Below are positions 11,183 through 22,645 of a stretch of DNA of 64,000 nt, in pieces. The stretch spans positions 343,798 through 407,797 of the forward strand of contig NW_003314371.1 in assembly GCF_000143415.4 (NCBI RefSeq), read 5' to 3'. The notes under the pieces were generated by a model. That model ran no database searches. It worked only from the letters and a program-made list of their open reading frames with translations, and had not been told where the DNA came from. Source of the DNA: Selaginella moellendorffii (taxonomy: Eukaryota; Plantae; Lycopodiophyta). The position numbers and the translations under genes are program-made. The first letter of the stretch is position 1, and each line of letters starts with the position of its first letter.

Positions 11183-12250
11183 TTAGAAGTAGAGGAAGCA
11201 CAGGATCATGACACCGCCGACGAACAAGAGCAGCCGGGAGAGCAGCGTTTCCTGCTGGTCCGGGCGGAGCGGCGGCGGCAGGGCCCTCAGCTGGTGGTGG
11301 TGGTGGTGGTGGTAGCTGGCCGGCGGCGGCGGCGGCGTGTGCAAGCCTCCATACGGCAGCATGGCCGGCCCGGGTGGCGGCGCATCGGGGAAGCCATGGA
11401 ACTGGAGCCGGAAGAGCGATGGAAACAATCCAAATCCCGCGGAGAAAGTCACGTTGCCGAATCGCGCCGACGCTCCCGGCCCCGCGGCAGCTCCAGCCAC
11501 GAAACCAATGCCGTATGGATCGTAGAGGCGGCGGGCGTGGTGGTGCCAGGCCGCGAGGCTGGCCTGGTGGTGGGGGTCCGAGGAGGAGCCCGACCTCTGG
11601 CCGGGGGGCCGAGATGGGATCTCCATCTCGGGCACCGAGCTGGTGGCGTGGTCGCGGTGGTCGGAGGAGGACTCCACGCAGCCTCGGCCATAGAGGGGGA
11701 TGACTTTGTCCTCGTGGACGGGGGCCTTGCAAACCGGGCACTCCTTGCAGATGGATCGCAGCTGCGTCCACTTGTAGAGGCAGGGCCAGCAGAAGAGGTG
11801 GCCGCAGAGGGTGACGACGGGATCTTGCGCGAGCTCCAGGCAGATGTTGCAGTCGAAGCTCCCGGCGGCTTGGTCGCGATCGTCGCCCTCGTCGTCCTCG
11901 TCGTCTCCATCGTCGCAATCGCGATCGCGGTCGAGGGTGGTGGAAGCTGTTTTGCTGCTGGCTGGAGGAGGAGGAGGAGGAGGCTTGGTTCTTGATCCAC
12001 CCGAGGTTCCCGGATGATCGTCGAGGCCTGAGTGATCAGCTCTTACTTGGGCATTGCCTTGTGGATCTTCTTCTTCTTCTTCCTCGCGATCGTGTTCCAC
12101 TTCGTCGTCTCGAGCGCGTAGCTCCGCCTGGGACTCACCTGGCTTTGGGCGATCGCGAAGCTCTCCCGATCGATTGGAGGAAGAACTGGAATTGGACACC
12201 GCAGTGCTGCTGCCGCTCGCGTCCTCTGCTCCGGCGGGACTGTTCGTCAT
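11183..12250 (-). CDS. RMA1/RNF185-type C3HC4 RING E3 ubiquitin ligase with C-terminal membrane anchor
   Basis: FDCNICLELAQDPVVTLCGHLFCWPCLYKW..CPVCKA..KVIPLYGRG, IPSRPPGQR, SAGFGLFPSLF and a hydrophobic C-terminal tail; intronless. Confidence 0.93.
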   Translation of the reverse strand: MTNSPAGAEDASGSSTAVSNSSSSSNRSGELRDRPKPGESQAELRARDDEVEHDREEEEEEDPQGNAQVRADHSGLDDHPGTSGGSRTKPPPPPPPASSKTASTTLDRDRDCDDGDDEDDEGDDRDQAAGSFDCNICLELAQDPVVTLCGHLFCWPCLYKWTQLRSICKECPVCKAPVHEDKVIPLYGRGCVESSSDHRDHATSSVPEMEIPSRPPGQRSGSSSDPHHQASLAAWHHHARRLYDPYGIGFVAGAAAGPGASARFGNVTFSAGFGLFPSLFRLQFHGFPDAPPPGPAMLPYGGLHTPPPPPASYHHHHHHQLRALPPPLRPDQQETLLSRLLLFVGGVMILCFLYF

Positions 12251-12601
12251 CGTCGCCCGCCGCCGCTACCATCGCTAGAGCTTCTCGTCCTCTTCCATCG
12301 CCACGGCATTCTATCCTTCTTTTTTCTTCTTCCTCGTAGATTTTTTTTTTCTTTGCCCCTTCAGCACAAACAGACGCATTTGACTGGCACGTCAGCGCTT
12401 GACTTCGCGGCGGTTGACCGTGCAATACCGTTTATTTTGTCCAAATTACAGGCATTTCGAATATGCCCCTGGAGAGAGAGAAGGTAGCAATTAGGGTTCA
12501 TGGTTCTCGCCCAGTGGCTCGCGATGGTGCTAGGTCGCGGGCCAGCGCCAAAGCGCCGATCGACCAGGTGATTCTGTGAAAGGTCGCGGCTTGGCAGGGC
12601 G

Positions 12602-15600
12602 ATGGCGTCGGCGGGCTTCGTCCTGGGCTGGAAGGGGGACGAGGACGAGGAGGTGGATATTGGCGGGTCGGATGAGGAAGCGCCAGGGATCGAGAGCGCA
12701 GGCGCTATTATTCCAGCAGGGGTCGAGAGCGCAGCCGCGAGGAGGATTCAAGCCGAAGATTTTGAAGCTGAGAGGAACAAGAGCGCGCCGAGTCCGTCGA
12801 TATTTCGGGGAAATGAAAGGGAGCTCCCGCTTCCTCCTGGCGGTAAGCAGCGTCTCGAGAATCGTGCTCTTAATGGCGCTCCAAAGCTTGGAATGGAAGC
12901 TCAGGATAATCGAGGCTGCAAGAAGGAAGCTGGCGCTGCGAGGCGGGCAGAGAATGCTAATGGCACGGCTGCTTCGATCAAAGGCAAGGAGCCAGTGGTG
13001 GAAGAGGAAGACGAAACCATGGCATTTAAAAAGAGAAAGGTCGAATCTAGCAGCCTCCGGGATCTCAAACGCCGAAAAGACGGAGACTGGAGATCCAGCC
13101 AGTGGGTAGCTTGCGTGCTCTGCAAAAAGTGGCGAAGGTATGGCCAGAGTTTTAATTTCTTTTTCCATCTCCCTCGGCTGTACCAAACTTCTTGTCGGCA
13201 GGATTCCATTCGAGCTGACTGTGGAGAGGAGTACGTGGCACTGCAAGGAAAACGTCTGGAATTCCTCCATTGCAAGTTGCGAATGTCCACAGGTAGTTTG
13301 TTGTGCCTAAGATGTGATTAAATTCTATGATGTGCAGGAAGAGGCGAGCACCTTTGACAGCATGCCTACGATGCGGGTAGATTTCCCAAACACATTATGC
13401 ATATCGGATGGCGTTTTACGGAGAACCTCCACGCCTCTGGACAAGTCTGCTGCTCCTGTACCAGATGATATGACCGTCGCAAGCGAGACGATCATCGGGA
13501 GCGCTACTGATGCCACTGATAGGGCCGTCTCTCCTGCTGAAAACGGTGCCGCCGCTTTGGACGTTTCAAAGTCTGCTCTCAAGACGCTTATCCCTGAAGA
13601 AGGTGAAGCTGTAGCGAACCAAGATGTGAGCCCCTGTCAAGTCTGTGGTTTGGGCGGTCAAACCATGTAAGCTTGATAATTGATTTCTATTCTCGCCTCT
13701 AACTTTCAGTTCTTGCAGCTCCTGCTCTCTAACAGGATGCGCGAGTAGATATCACTTTCACTGCTTGGTTCCTCCACTGACTTCTCGTCCTAGTGGAGGG
13801 TGGTATTGCAAGAATCACAAAGTTGAATCAATATGGCTCTCGAGTGCTGAATGCGGGAATGGTGGTCAGATGTATTACGTGAAGTGGAGAGGTCGTGCTC
13901 ACCTTTATGATAGCGTGCTCAGTGAAGCCGTAGTAGCGAAGCTGGCATCGAAGAAGCTGACTCATCTAAAGAGGAATGGAAAGGTATTTGCTTGTTTTTT
14001 GGATGCTTCTAAAGTCTGACATGCAGCATTGCAGTTGCTAGAGTGGCAGCCGAGCTGGACAGTGCCAGAACGAGTCATAGGAATGCGACAAAATGATTCG
14101 CAGGAGATAGAATGGCTTGTGAAATGGACTCAACTCGGTTACGAACAATCCACATGGGAGTCTGCCTCTGCAAGATTTTTATTGGAGGAAAAAGGGCGGC
14201 TTTTGATCGATGTGTATGAGAAGTGGTGTGAAGTAGCGCGGCTGCGGGCTCGAGCTCCTCAGGCCGACAAGGTAACAATGTTTGCGTTCATACGAATGAT
14301 AACATTTTCTCTTACAGGTTTCTGAAAAATGTGCGCGGCTTATAAAGCAACCTTCTTGGCTACAAAGTGTTTCTTTGCAAGACCATCAGCTGGAAATGCT
14401 AAACAATCTTCGCGATTGCTGGTGTAAGCAGAAGGGAGGCATTGTCTTAAGTAATCCAATCCAGGTACATGGGCTATTTGTGTCCCGGCGTGATTAACTC
14501 GTTTTGCAGGAAGAACCAGTTCCGGTTGTAGCCTTCTCAATCTCTTTGTGTCGGGAATTCAGAACAAAGGAGCCCATACTGGTGGTGACTTCTCCAGAGA
14601 TGCTGCCGTTTTGGGAGAAGAAGCTTAAAGAGTGGACACTTGATCTCAACGTAGTTATGTACTGTGGCACTCCTAATAGTAGGTACTTCATTCGACAGCA
14701 TGAGTTCTCTCTGATCGAAGGCTGCGTCAAGCTACACATCGTGGTAACCACGTTGGATGTTGTGGGCTCGGTAAGCTTCCCCTTTTTATTTTTTAATAAC
14801 CATTTTCATAATCAATGCAGGATGTGGATGTGGACTTTCTTAAAGGGTTTAAGTGGTCCTGTCTATTAATTCATGACTCTCGTCGAGCTCGGAGAAGTAT
14901 ATACGAAAATTTGGCGAAGGTGTCTTCCAGTTTTTGTTTGCTTTTCTGTCCAGAGCCTTGGAAGGTAGTGTTTGCGTTGTCTCATTGTGTATACTCATTA
15001 TTTCTTATCGTTCTCTCAGTGGGATTCCGAAGAGCGTCAACTTATTGCGGAAGTTCTTGGAAAAGATAAAAGCGTTGACTGGAAGGAGCTTGTGGCCTGC
15101 CAGTACAATGCTGAACCTGTGAATGATCTAAGGGAATATTGGGTTCCGGCGCAAATGTCCCCTGTGCAGGTTCATCAGTATTGTTTGCTCATTGTAAAAC
15201 ACTTTGAGCTTCTGCGGTCAGGCAATATGTCTCAGGGGGATAATATTCTTCACGAACTTGTTTCTGTGCTTCGAGATGTAAGTTTTTTTATGTAGTTATC
15301 TTCTGATAATATTCTCCTGTTTCTAGAGCAGTGTTGTAGTCATCCTTATTTGGTCTCGGAAACTTTGGCAAAATCTGTCGGGGAGCTCGTTCCTCAGGAG
15401 GAGTGGCTTAATGCGGGGATAAGAGCGAGTGGCAAATTGGAGCTTATGCACAAGATGCTCTCGCACTTTTATCTGAACAAAAAGAAAACCCTTATCATTG
15501 TCCAGGTATCAAAAGTTCATCTGCTTGAGTATTGTTTCATAATTTATATATTTTCTTTTTCAGAACACACGTTCCAAACAGCTCATGAACATTATTGATG

Positions 15601-18600
15601 ATTATCTAAAGCAACAATTTGGCTCATATGGACGCATTGAGCGAGGAATGGATGCACAGGTTCGTCAGGCATCTCTCACAAGGTTCAACTCGCAGGACTC
15701 TAGCTGTTTTGCACTTCTTCTCGAGCGCGGTGCTGCTACATCTATTCCAAATCAGCTCACGGCCGTCGACGCGGTTTTTATCTACGACAGCGACTGGAAC
15801 CCATGGAGTGACACAACGTGCATCCGAAAGCTTGGTCTCAACAACGTGACCGTGTATAGACTGTACAGCGGCCTCACTGTGGAGGAAAAGATTCTTGATG
15901 GAGCACGGGAGGATGTGGTGTCAAACGAACGCCAACTTAAGAATTTGAGCTTGAAAGCAATGCAAGAGATGCTTCGTTGGGGTGCGGCGGCTCTACTACA
16001 GATGGACGACTGGTGTACACAAAATGATGCAGTCACGGATCCAAGGATAGGATGGAATGGTGGAACGGTCCCAAACGAGATTGGCAAACAACTGTTTTCT
16101 CTAGATGACGATGAAGTGAAGGCTGTTTCTCTTGGCAACCACGGAACACGTCTCAGCGACAAAGCTCGAGCGATTTTGTCACACAGAGATGCGTCGTCCA
16201 AAGGAGTTCCTCTTTATGGTGTATCGTCCAAGGCTTGTGAAGACGGAAATTCGACGGCGGCGGATGAGTTCTGGTCCCCGCTTCTCAAGGGTAAACGCGA
16301 AAAGTCGCTCCAGTTACAGGGACAAAGAACGCGAAAGCCAGTTGAATATCGAGATTTTGAAGACATATCAAAGAGAAAGAAAAGGAAACTTACGTCACCA
16401 AGTTACCTAGCGGCCCACGGCGGTAAGATAAGTGTTTTGATGCTTGGGCTAGAATCGTACTCTTTTGTTGTTTATTACAGAGCTACGGCAAGTGGATGCT
16501 TCTGATACAGTCCGTCCAACTCCTGATGCTTCACCCCAGGTAGCAGCACCTCCAGTTTCGCAAAGTTCTGGAGGTCGTGTAACAACTTCGAGCAGCCAAC
16601 GAGAGGAGCAGCTTGAGCGTCTCAGCAGTTTGCAGGGAGAGCTGAAGTCCCTGGGCGAGTTCATAGAGTTACCAGTAAGCAGTGCTTGGGCTTTAACTGT
16701 TTGCAGTTGTCTCACTCGACTTTCTTTCGTAGGAGAATGTACTAAAGCGCGCGTTGGAATTGCTCACTTTCGTGGTAAAGAACCTGCGGATGAATAATAA
16801 TTTCCGTCACGAGGTGCAGTTGTCCTTGGTATGTTCTATATCTAATATTCGTGTTTTTAGCTTCTGAAAGACTTATGCCTTCTTCTTGGCAGTGCTGGAT
16901 TGCAGCAGAACAGATGGGCGTTGACTTCGACAAAGTGGTGGCGACTTTAGCGGCAACGAGCGAGGGGTTTGATGTGGACGACCAGTCGCTGGAGGCTGTT
17001 CACAACAAGCTCAAGATAGCTTTGGGAGCCTTTCCTGCGTCTCGTTCACAAAACGGACAGTCTCCAACGGTAGCTGCCACGGAAAAAACCCAGCCAGCGG
17101 CTGTGTCACCACGGGCTTGTTTAGATTCTCCTCCCGGGGGATGTCGTGTATCGGTAGAAAAAAGGGACCTGTTGGAAGAAAAAAAGCAGGAACTGAAGAC
17201 GAGGAGGAAAGCCCAGACTCAAAAGCTCCTGAACTCTCAAAAGCGAGTGTGGTGCGAGCTTATGGAGAACGAAACCAAGCAAAAGGTCCACCTTGAGAAG
17301 GTTTACGAAGCTGAATGCAGAACTATTCAAGCGTTGGGGACGGCTGAGAGTAGCCGGCTGCTAGCAGAGAAAGCCGAGGAACACAAGTTACGGGTGAAAG
17401 AACTTCAGACGCGGCTAGATAAGGAGAGAAGGGAATTGGGAGAGAGACAAACGTTCACGAGGAACAGGATGGGCGCGTTCTTTGCTGATCGGCTAAAGCA
17501 GCTGGACAACGGTGTTATGCCAATTGATATCACTCCGGCAACCGACAATACCGCTGAATTGCGGGAATATCAACCTGAAAGTTCCGCCAACCTTAGCCAC
17601 CAGGAACAGCAACTTCCGCGAGAAAGCGATGATCTCGGGCGTGGAAATTCTCGTGGTGTCCGTCAACAGCAATCTCCATGTGAGCAGCAAGCAGATCCTC
17701 CCATGATCCAGAGTGAAGACACTCCTGCTCGACCGCGAGTTTCTTCCGTTTCTATGACCACTGCGGAAGCCTCGCATCCTGTGCTTCCTGAAGCCCCCGT
17801 TCCAGCTCCTGAAATTGGTTCTAGCACAAGAGAAGAAGTCTCCGTTCCTGCTATCAGAAGTAAAGTAACTCAAGTTCATGCGAGCAGAAACGAAGTTCCA
17901 GTTCCGAACGTTCCTGCGAGCAGAAGACAAGAAGTTCAACCTCCAAGCATTCCAGCGAGCAGGACAACTTCCATTGCTGCGAGCCGAAGAGAGGAAGTTC
18001 CGCTTACACGGGACGTTGCTATTGCTGCGAGCGGAAGAGAAGAAGTTCCACTTACACGGGATGTTTCTATTGCTGCGAGCGGAAGAGCAGAAGCTCCGGC
18101 TGTTCCGGCTCCTGCGAGCAGAAGGGAAGAAGTCCCTCTTCCTGCGAGAACAGTAGAGGAAGTTCCACTTGCAAGTGACGTCGTCCGACCGCCAGCCAGC
18201 AGAAGCCAAGTCCCACCCGAGATCCCAGCGAGCAGAAGCCAGCAAGGACCAGCGACCGGGAGCCGAGCCGCAGTTGTTATTGCGTTACCAGCGAGCAGAG
18301 GCCAGGAAGAATTTCCACGTACTACTAGTGGTCGGGCCAACGAAATCTTTGCAGGGAACAGAAGTCAAGTTGTCGTTGCGCTTCCTGCAACGGGTCAGAT
18401 TCATGCTGAAGCTCCTCTTCCCCTTGGCCAGAGTCCGCGGGTTCCACAGCAGCCGGTTTCCAACTTTGTGCCGCCAGCGCGCCTGTCTTCGCACTACGAT
18501 CCACTGTCGCTGGAGGAGACGAGGCTGCAGAAAGAGATGGAGAAGATCAAGAAGGCGCGCGACGACGAGGTTGGGTTCATCAGCCTTTCTTTGCTCAACT

Positions 18601-19539
18601 TCCTCGTATTTGAGTTCAGGTGGCAAGGCTTTCGAAAGAACTGGAGGCGTTGAAACGGAAGCTCGAGGACGAGTGCAAAGCGTTCGCCCAGAAGGCGGAA
18701 GCGTTACAAGGCAACCTTGCAGCGGTGGCTGCGCAACGCCGCTTATCCGAGGCGCTAAGGCTGAAAGACAGCGTGCGCCTCAAAGGTACTATGTCATTTC
18801 TCCCTGTTTCTTTACAGCCATGCGTGGTTTCTCAGGATCTCCCGGACCGCCAGCTCCGGCAAGCGTGTGGCACAACTCCGTCATGGACTTCGCCGCCATC
18901 GCGGGCGCCAACTCGCGGCCGCAAGCTCTGGCCGGCTCCTCCTCTCCAATGGCCGCGATCTACAACACGCAGCATGGGATACTCAGAGTCCCAGGGCAGC
19001 ACTTTGGCCAGCAGCAGCATCCTCAGCAGGTGATGGTCTTCCCGCCGCCATCGCCAACCAACGCGACACGAGCTCCAGATCTCCTCCGGCCAATCTCTCC
19101 CAGCTTCGCCACCCCAGCAACGCAGCAGACGCATCACCATACGAGGCTCCAGTTCGTGCCAGTCTCAGCTTCTACGATGATGATGACGAGTCCAGCAGTA
19201 GCACCGCCTTCTCCCACGGTGGTGGCCACGACTCAAGAGCTCATGAACGCCCGCGTCAGCTCGCAGGTAATGTACAGGAACATAAGCGAGAACCTGCGGC
19301 TGTCCTGGTTGAACCAGGCTCACACAGGGACAGGCGGCGGCGGCGGTAGCTTTAGTAACACAGGAGTAGTACCAGCTGCCGCGGTCACTGACGTAGCTGT
19401 GGATCACGCGGCTCAAGCTAGCGCCAGTTCTGTAGCACGAGTTCTAGCCGGAGGCAACGCATTTATCGCCCAGCACCCTCTGGACTCCCGGGTGAGCTTG
19501 GGACACGCTGACTACATCTGCTTATCAGACGAGGAGTAG
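12602..19539 (+). CDS. MOM1: MOM1-like transcriptional silencing factor: CW finger, PHD, two chromodomains, degenerate SNF2 helicase, CMM2 coiled coil, C-terminal SIM-like motif
   Basis: PHD (CQVCGLGG..C..YHFHCLVPPL..GWYC); chromodomains (YYVKWRGRAH; WLVKWTQLGYEQSTWE); CHD3-like helicase remnants (ASGKLELMHKML, FIYDSDWNPWSD, VYRLYSGLTVEEKIL); CMM2-like DPLSLEETRLQKEMEKIKKARDDE; terminal ICLSDEE*. Confidence 0.88.
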
Positions 19540-19714
19540 GGAAAGAGAAAACTGTTCGAGTGACTTACTAGGAGAACACAAGGGGACATAGGAAAACGAA
19601 CAAACGCTGTTCGCAATTTTGGCTTTTACACTTCTGGAAGACCTCTGAGCACGAGAGCGAGGTTTAGAGAAGATGTGACAATAGTAGTAGTAAAAGAAGC
19701 TACGAACCTTTTCA

Positions 19715-22564
19715 CTAGCTGTCGTCTCCAGTGATCATGGCGTCTGCGTCCCTGTTTGCTGCAGCCATGGCTTCTACGTCGACAAACTCGGTTGGATCTT
19801 GCTGTGCTACTCCTGCTGCTGATGATGGTGGCGATGAGGCATGCTGACTCCAAGCTGCCTGTTCTTGCGGTGTTTGTTCTTGTTGTCCGGCTTGGACAGC
19901 GCCTTGCTGGTTCCAGGAAGCGGGAGCGTGAGCGTGAGCTTCCCACGGTGCTGGAATGGGACGAGTTGCCGGAGGGAGGAGCTCCATGTACGAAGGCATT
20001 GCTGGATCGGCCGCTAGAGAGCCACTGCCGTTGAGAACTCTGGGACTGGACAGGGAGCCGCTCTTGCTGTACACGAGCTCCGTCCTGCCGGCGGAGTAGA
20101 TGGCGGACGTCGTAGTTTCCGGGAGTCTCAGCTCGATTCCAAAGCCGCCGCCGCCGCCACCGCTGCCTCCGCCATCTTGCTCCATCCCGCCAGGCGAGCC
20201 GTTTTCGTAGCACCCCTGTGGCAGCTCGGCAACGCCGACGCCACCACCTTCAAATGCGTCCTTTTTCTGCCTCTTCCACCGCTTGGTCGACGAAGTACCG
20301 TCGTCCTCAAAGTCCTCTTCGCTCCTCTCCGTGTGGAGGTAGAGCCAGAGCTTCCTCTCGCCGTCGTAGCGTACGCACGGATCTCTCTCGTAGTGAAGCC
20401 TGTCCAAGGCACCACTCACCACCTGGTGAACTTGAGCCTCGGAAACGTCCTCGACAACGAACTGTGAGTCCCGGATCAAGGCACACACGTCCGCCCGTGT
20501 CCCCACGCCACCAGGAAGCCGAGCAGCAGCGTCCCTCACCAGGCACAGAATCGTGACGTGCGGAGGCCGGTCCGGCTTGAGCATGGAATGGTCCCTGGCT
20601 TTGGAGTTCGGCTTTCCCCCGCCTCTTCTCAAAGGAGCCACCACCGACTTTTGCCCGTCCGAGCGCGTGTAAGCAAACGCCCGGTCTGGTACCGAGTAGC
20701 GAAGTATTTCCTCCTTCCGGAAGTAGGACCTCATGTCTTCCGAGCTCGGCGCGATGGTTATCAGACTCTTCTGCGCTCGCATGTCCCTGAATCTCTCCCT
20801 CTCGTCCACGGCCGCCGAGGCAACCGGAGGCGGCGGAAGTTGCAACTGGACCATTTGCTGCCGAGTTTCTTCGCCGTGCTTGTACCACGTCGCAAACGCT
20901 TCTTCCAGCTTCGAAAGGATCTTGGACGGTACACCCCAGTCGTCCGCCAGCATGTTGCCAGACTCGTCCACAGATCCCTGGGGGCCGATCCAGTACCAAG
21001 ACTTCGACTCCTTCTCGTAAGTCGTGAGCGGCTTCCACCCCTTGGCTCCAGCAGGAGCAATCTTGGATGATAGGACTTTCAATGCTCCCCACGCTAAGTC
21101 TTGCAGTGGCTCCTGAGCCTGGAGGACTTTTCGATCCCCTGGATTTTCCTGCACTCTGCTGACAACCTCCGAGAAGGGAACGCAGAAAAAACCAGCTTTT
21201 GCTGCGCCATCGTCACTGCCGTTGTCATCAGTCGGACTCGACGGGCCACTGCTGGCATTCTTTGATAACGCTGCGTCAACGTTGGGGCCACTGTCCTTGG
21301 CCGGCGTCAGCAAAGCTCGCCTCAGAGCCGACAGGAACAAGATGATCGAAAATGGGAAGGTGACTCCCAGTTTCTTGATAACCTTCGACTGTGGTGGAGA
21401 TTCCGAAACCTCTTTCTCAGCCGCCACCTTTTTCTTCGTCTTCTTCTTCTGCTCTGCCTCCTCGTTCCCTGGCTCGGCCTTCGCCACTCCAACGTCCACA
21501 AGAGCTTGCATTCTCTGCTTTCCCGCACTGGAAGCCTTCTTGTCACTATCTTCCGAGCTCGTCATACTCTCATCCTCCCTGGTCCGCTTGGCCACCGAAG
21601 CCCTCTCCACATTCGACTTCCTCTTCTTCTCGCCACTCGTCAGCGAGGAGCTTGTATTCCCGCCACCACCACCACCACTGTCATTTCCAAAGGCCTCCGG
21701 ATCATCCGAGACTGGAGACGCCGCGTTCTCAGCCTTCCCAGGAACAGACTTCTTCACAACACCACCTTTGGAGGCAGCTCTCCCAGCCTTTGCTAAGCCC
21801 GGCTTAGCTACAGCTCCCTTCGCTACCATCCTCGTGTTTCCATGCACAGCTTCAGCCACTGGCTCGGCAGCCTTGCTCTTCAACGCATCCTTCACTGTCT
21901 CGGGCATCTTCGCCTTCTGGACAGCCTTGAAAGTCTTCTCAGCCACCTTTGGGAGCTGCGGCTTCACCTTGGTGTCCTTCCACTTCCTCCAAATCTCTAG
22001 CCTCCCCTCGATCTCCACGTCCGGATACTCCTCCCACAGCTTTTGCATCTCCACGAACGAGCTCACCATGGAATTGTGGTACTTTCTCAGCAGCTGGTAG
22101 TGCTCTTTCCTCTGGAGACACTTAATCCCGTCCGAGTACTGCACCACATTGGGCTGGCAATGTCCTCCTTTCAAGCTCTCGAACAACTGGGCCATTGGAT
22201 TCCCGAAGAAGATATTGCTAGTGCCCGAGAGAAGCTCCTTGAGCGTCGTCGCAAATGCCTCCTGGTCGATCTCCGGGGGCATGAAAGCCATGAGCTGCTC
22301 CCTCTCCTCCTCGGACAAGTAGAAATTCCAAGTCTCCAGGGACAAAATGTTCTTCAAGTCGGGAAGATCGAACAGCTCGAACGGGAAGCTGGCGATGGAT
22401 TCCCCGACCTGGCAAGTCTCCATACCCTTGTCCGAGAGCTCCGATTCCGTAGAAACCTCCGAATCCTCGAGCTTCACCGCCAGCATTCTCCGGGGCGCAG
22501 TGGCGCCGGCATCGCTCGACGATCTAGCACCGCCAGCCCTGTGATTGTTGGCGAGAATCGCCAT
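19715..22564 (-). CDS. NFRKB: NFRKB/INO80G-like INO80 complex subunit (DEUBAD + winged-helix domains), intronless
   Basis: LKNILSLETWNFYLSEEEREQLMAFMP (DEUBAD); FRKEEILRYSVPDRAFAY; RPPHVTILCLVRDAAARLPGGVGTRADVCALIRDSQF; SGALDRLHYERDPCV. Confidence 0.92.
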   Translation of the reverse strand: MAILANNHRAGGARSSSDAGATAPRRMLAVKLEDSEVSTESELSDKGMETCQVGESIASFPFELFDLPDLKNILSLETWNFYLSEEEREQLMAFMPPEIDQEAFATTLKELLSGTSNIFFGNPMAQLFESLKGGHCQPNVVQYSDGIKCLQRKEHYQLLRKYHNSMVSSFVEMQKLWEEYPDVEIEGRLEIWRKWKDTKVKPQLPKVAEKTFKAVQKAKMPETVKDALKSKAAEPVAEAVHGNTRMVAKGAVAKPGLAKAGRAASKGGVVKKSVPGKAENAASPVSDDPEAFGNDSGGGGGGNTSSSLTSGEKKRKSNVERASVAKRTREDESMTSSEDSDKKASSAGKQRMQALVDVGVAKAEPGNEEAEQKKKTKKKVAAEKEVSESPPQSKVIKKLGVTFPFSIILFLSALRRALLTPAKDSGPNVDAALSKNASSGPSSPTDDNGSDDGAAKAGFFCVPFSEVVSRVQENPGDRKVLQAQEPLQDLAWGALKVLSSKIAPAGAKGWKPLTTYEKESKSWYWIGPQGSVDESGNMLADDWGVPSKILSKLEEAFATWYKHGEETRQQMVQLQLPPPPVASAAVDERERFRDMRAQKSLITIAPSSEDMRSYFRKEEILRYSVPDRAFAYTRSDGQKSVVAPLRRGGGKPNSKARDHSMLKPDRPPHVTILCLVRDAAARLPGGVGTRADVCALIRDSQFVVEDVSEAQVHQVVSGALDRLHYERDPCVRYDGERKLWLYLHTERSEEDFEDDGTSSTKRWKRQKKDAFEGGGVGVAELPQGCYENGSPGGMEQDGGGSGGGGGGFGIELRLPETTTSAIYSAGRTELVYSKSGSLSSPRVLNGSGSLAADPAMPSYMELLPPATRPIPAPWEAHAHAPASWNQQGAVQAGQQEQTPQEQAAWSQHASSPPSSAAGVAQQDPTEFVDVEAMAAANRDADAMITGDDS

Positions 22565-22645
22565 TTTCTCTACATCTACCTGAGCTCCACTCGCCTCCTC
22601 GATTTCTCCACTGGAGCCCTAGCTCCTAACGAACCGGGTTAGGGC

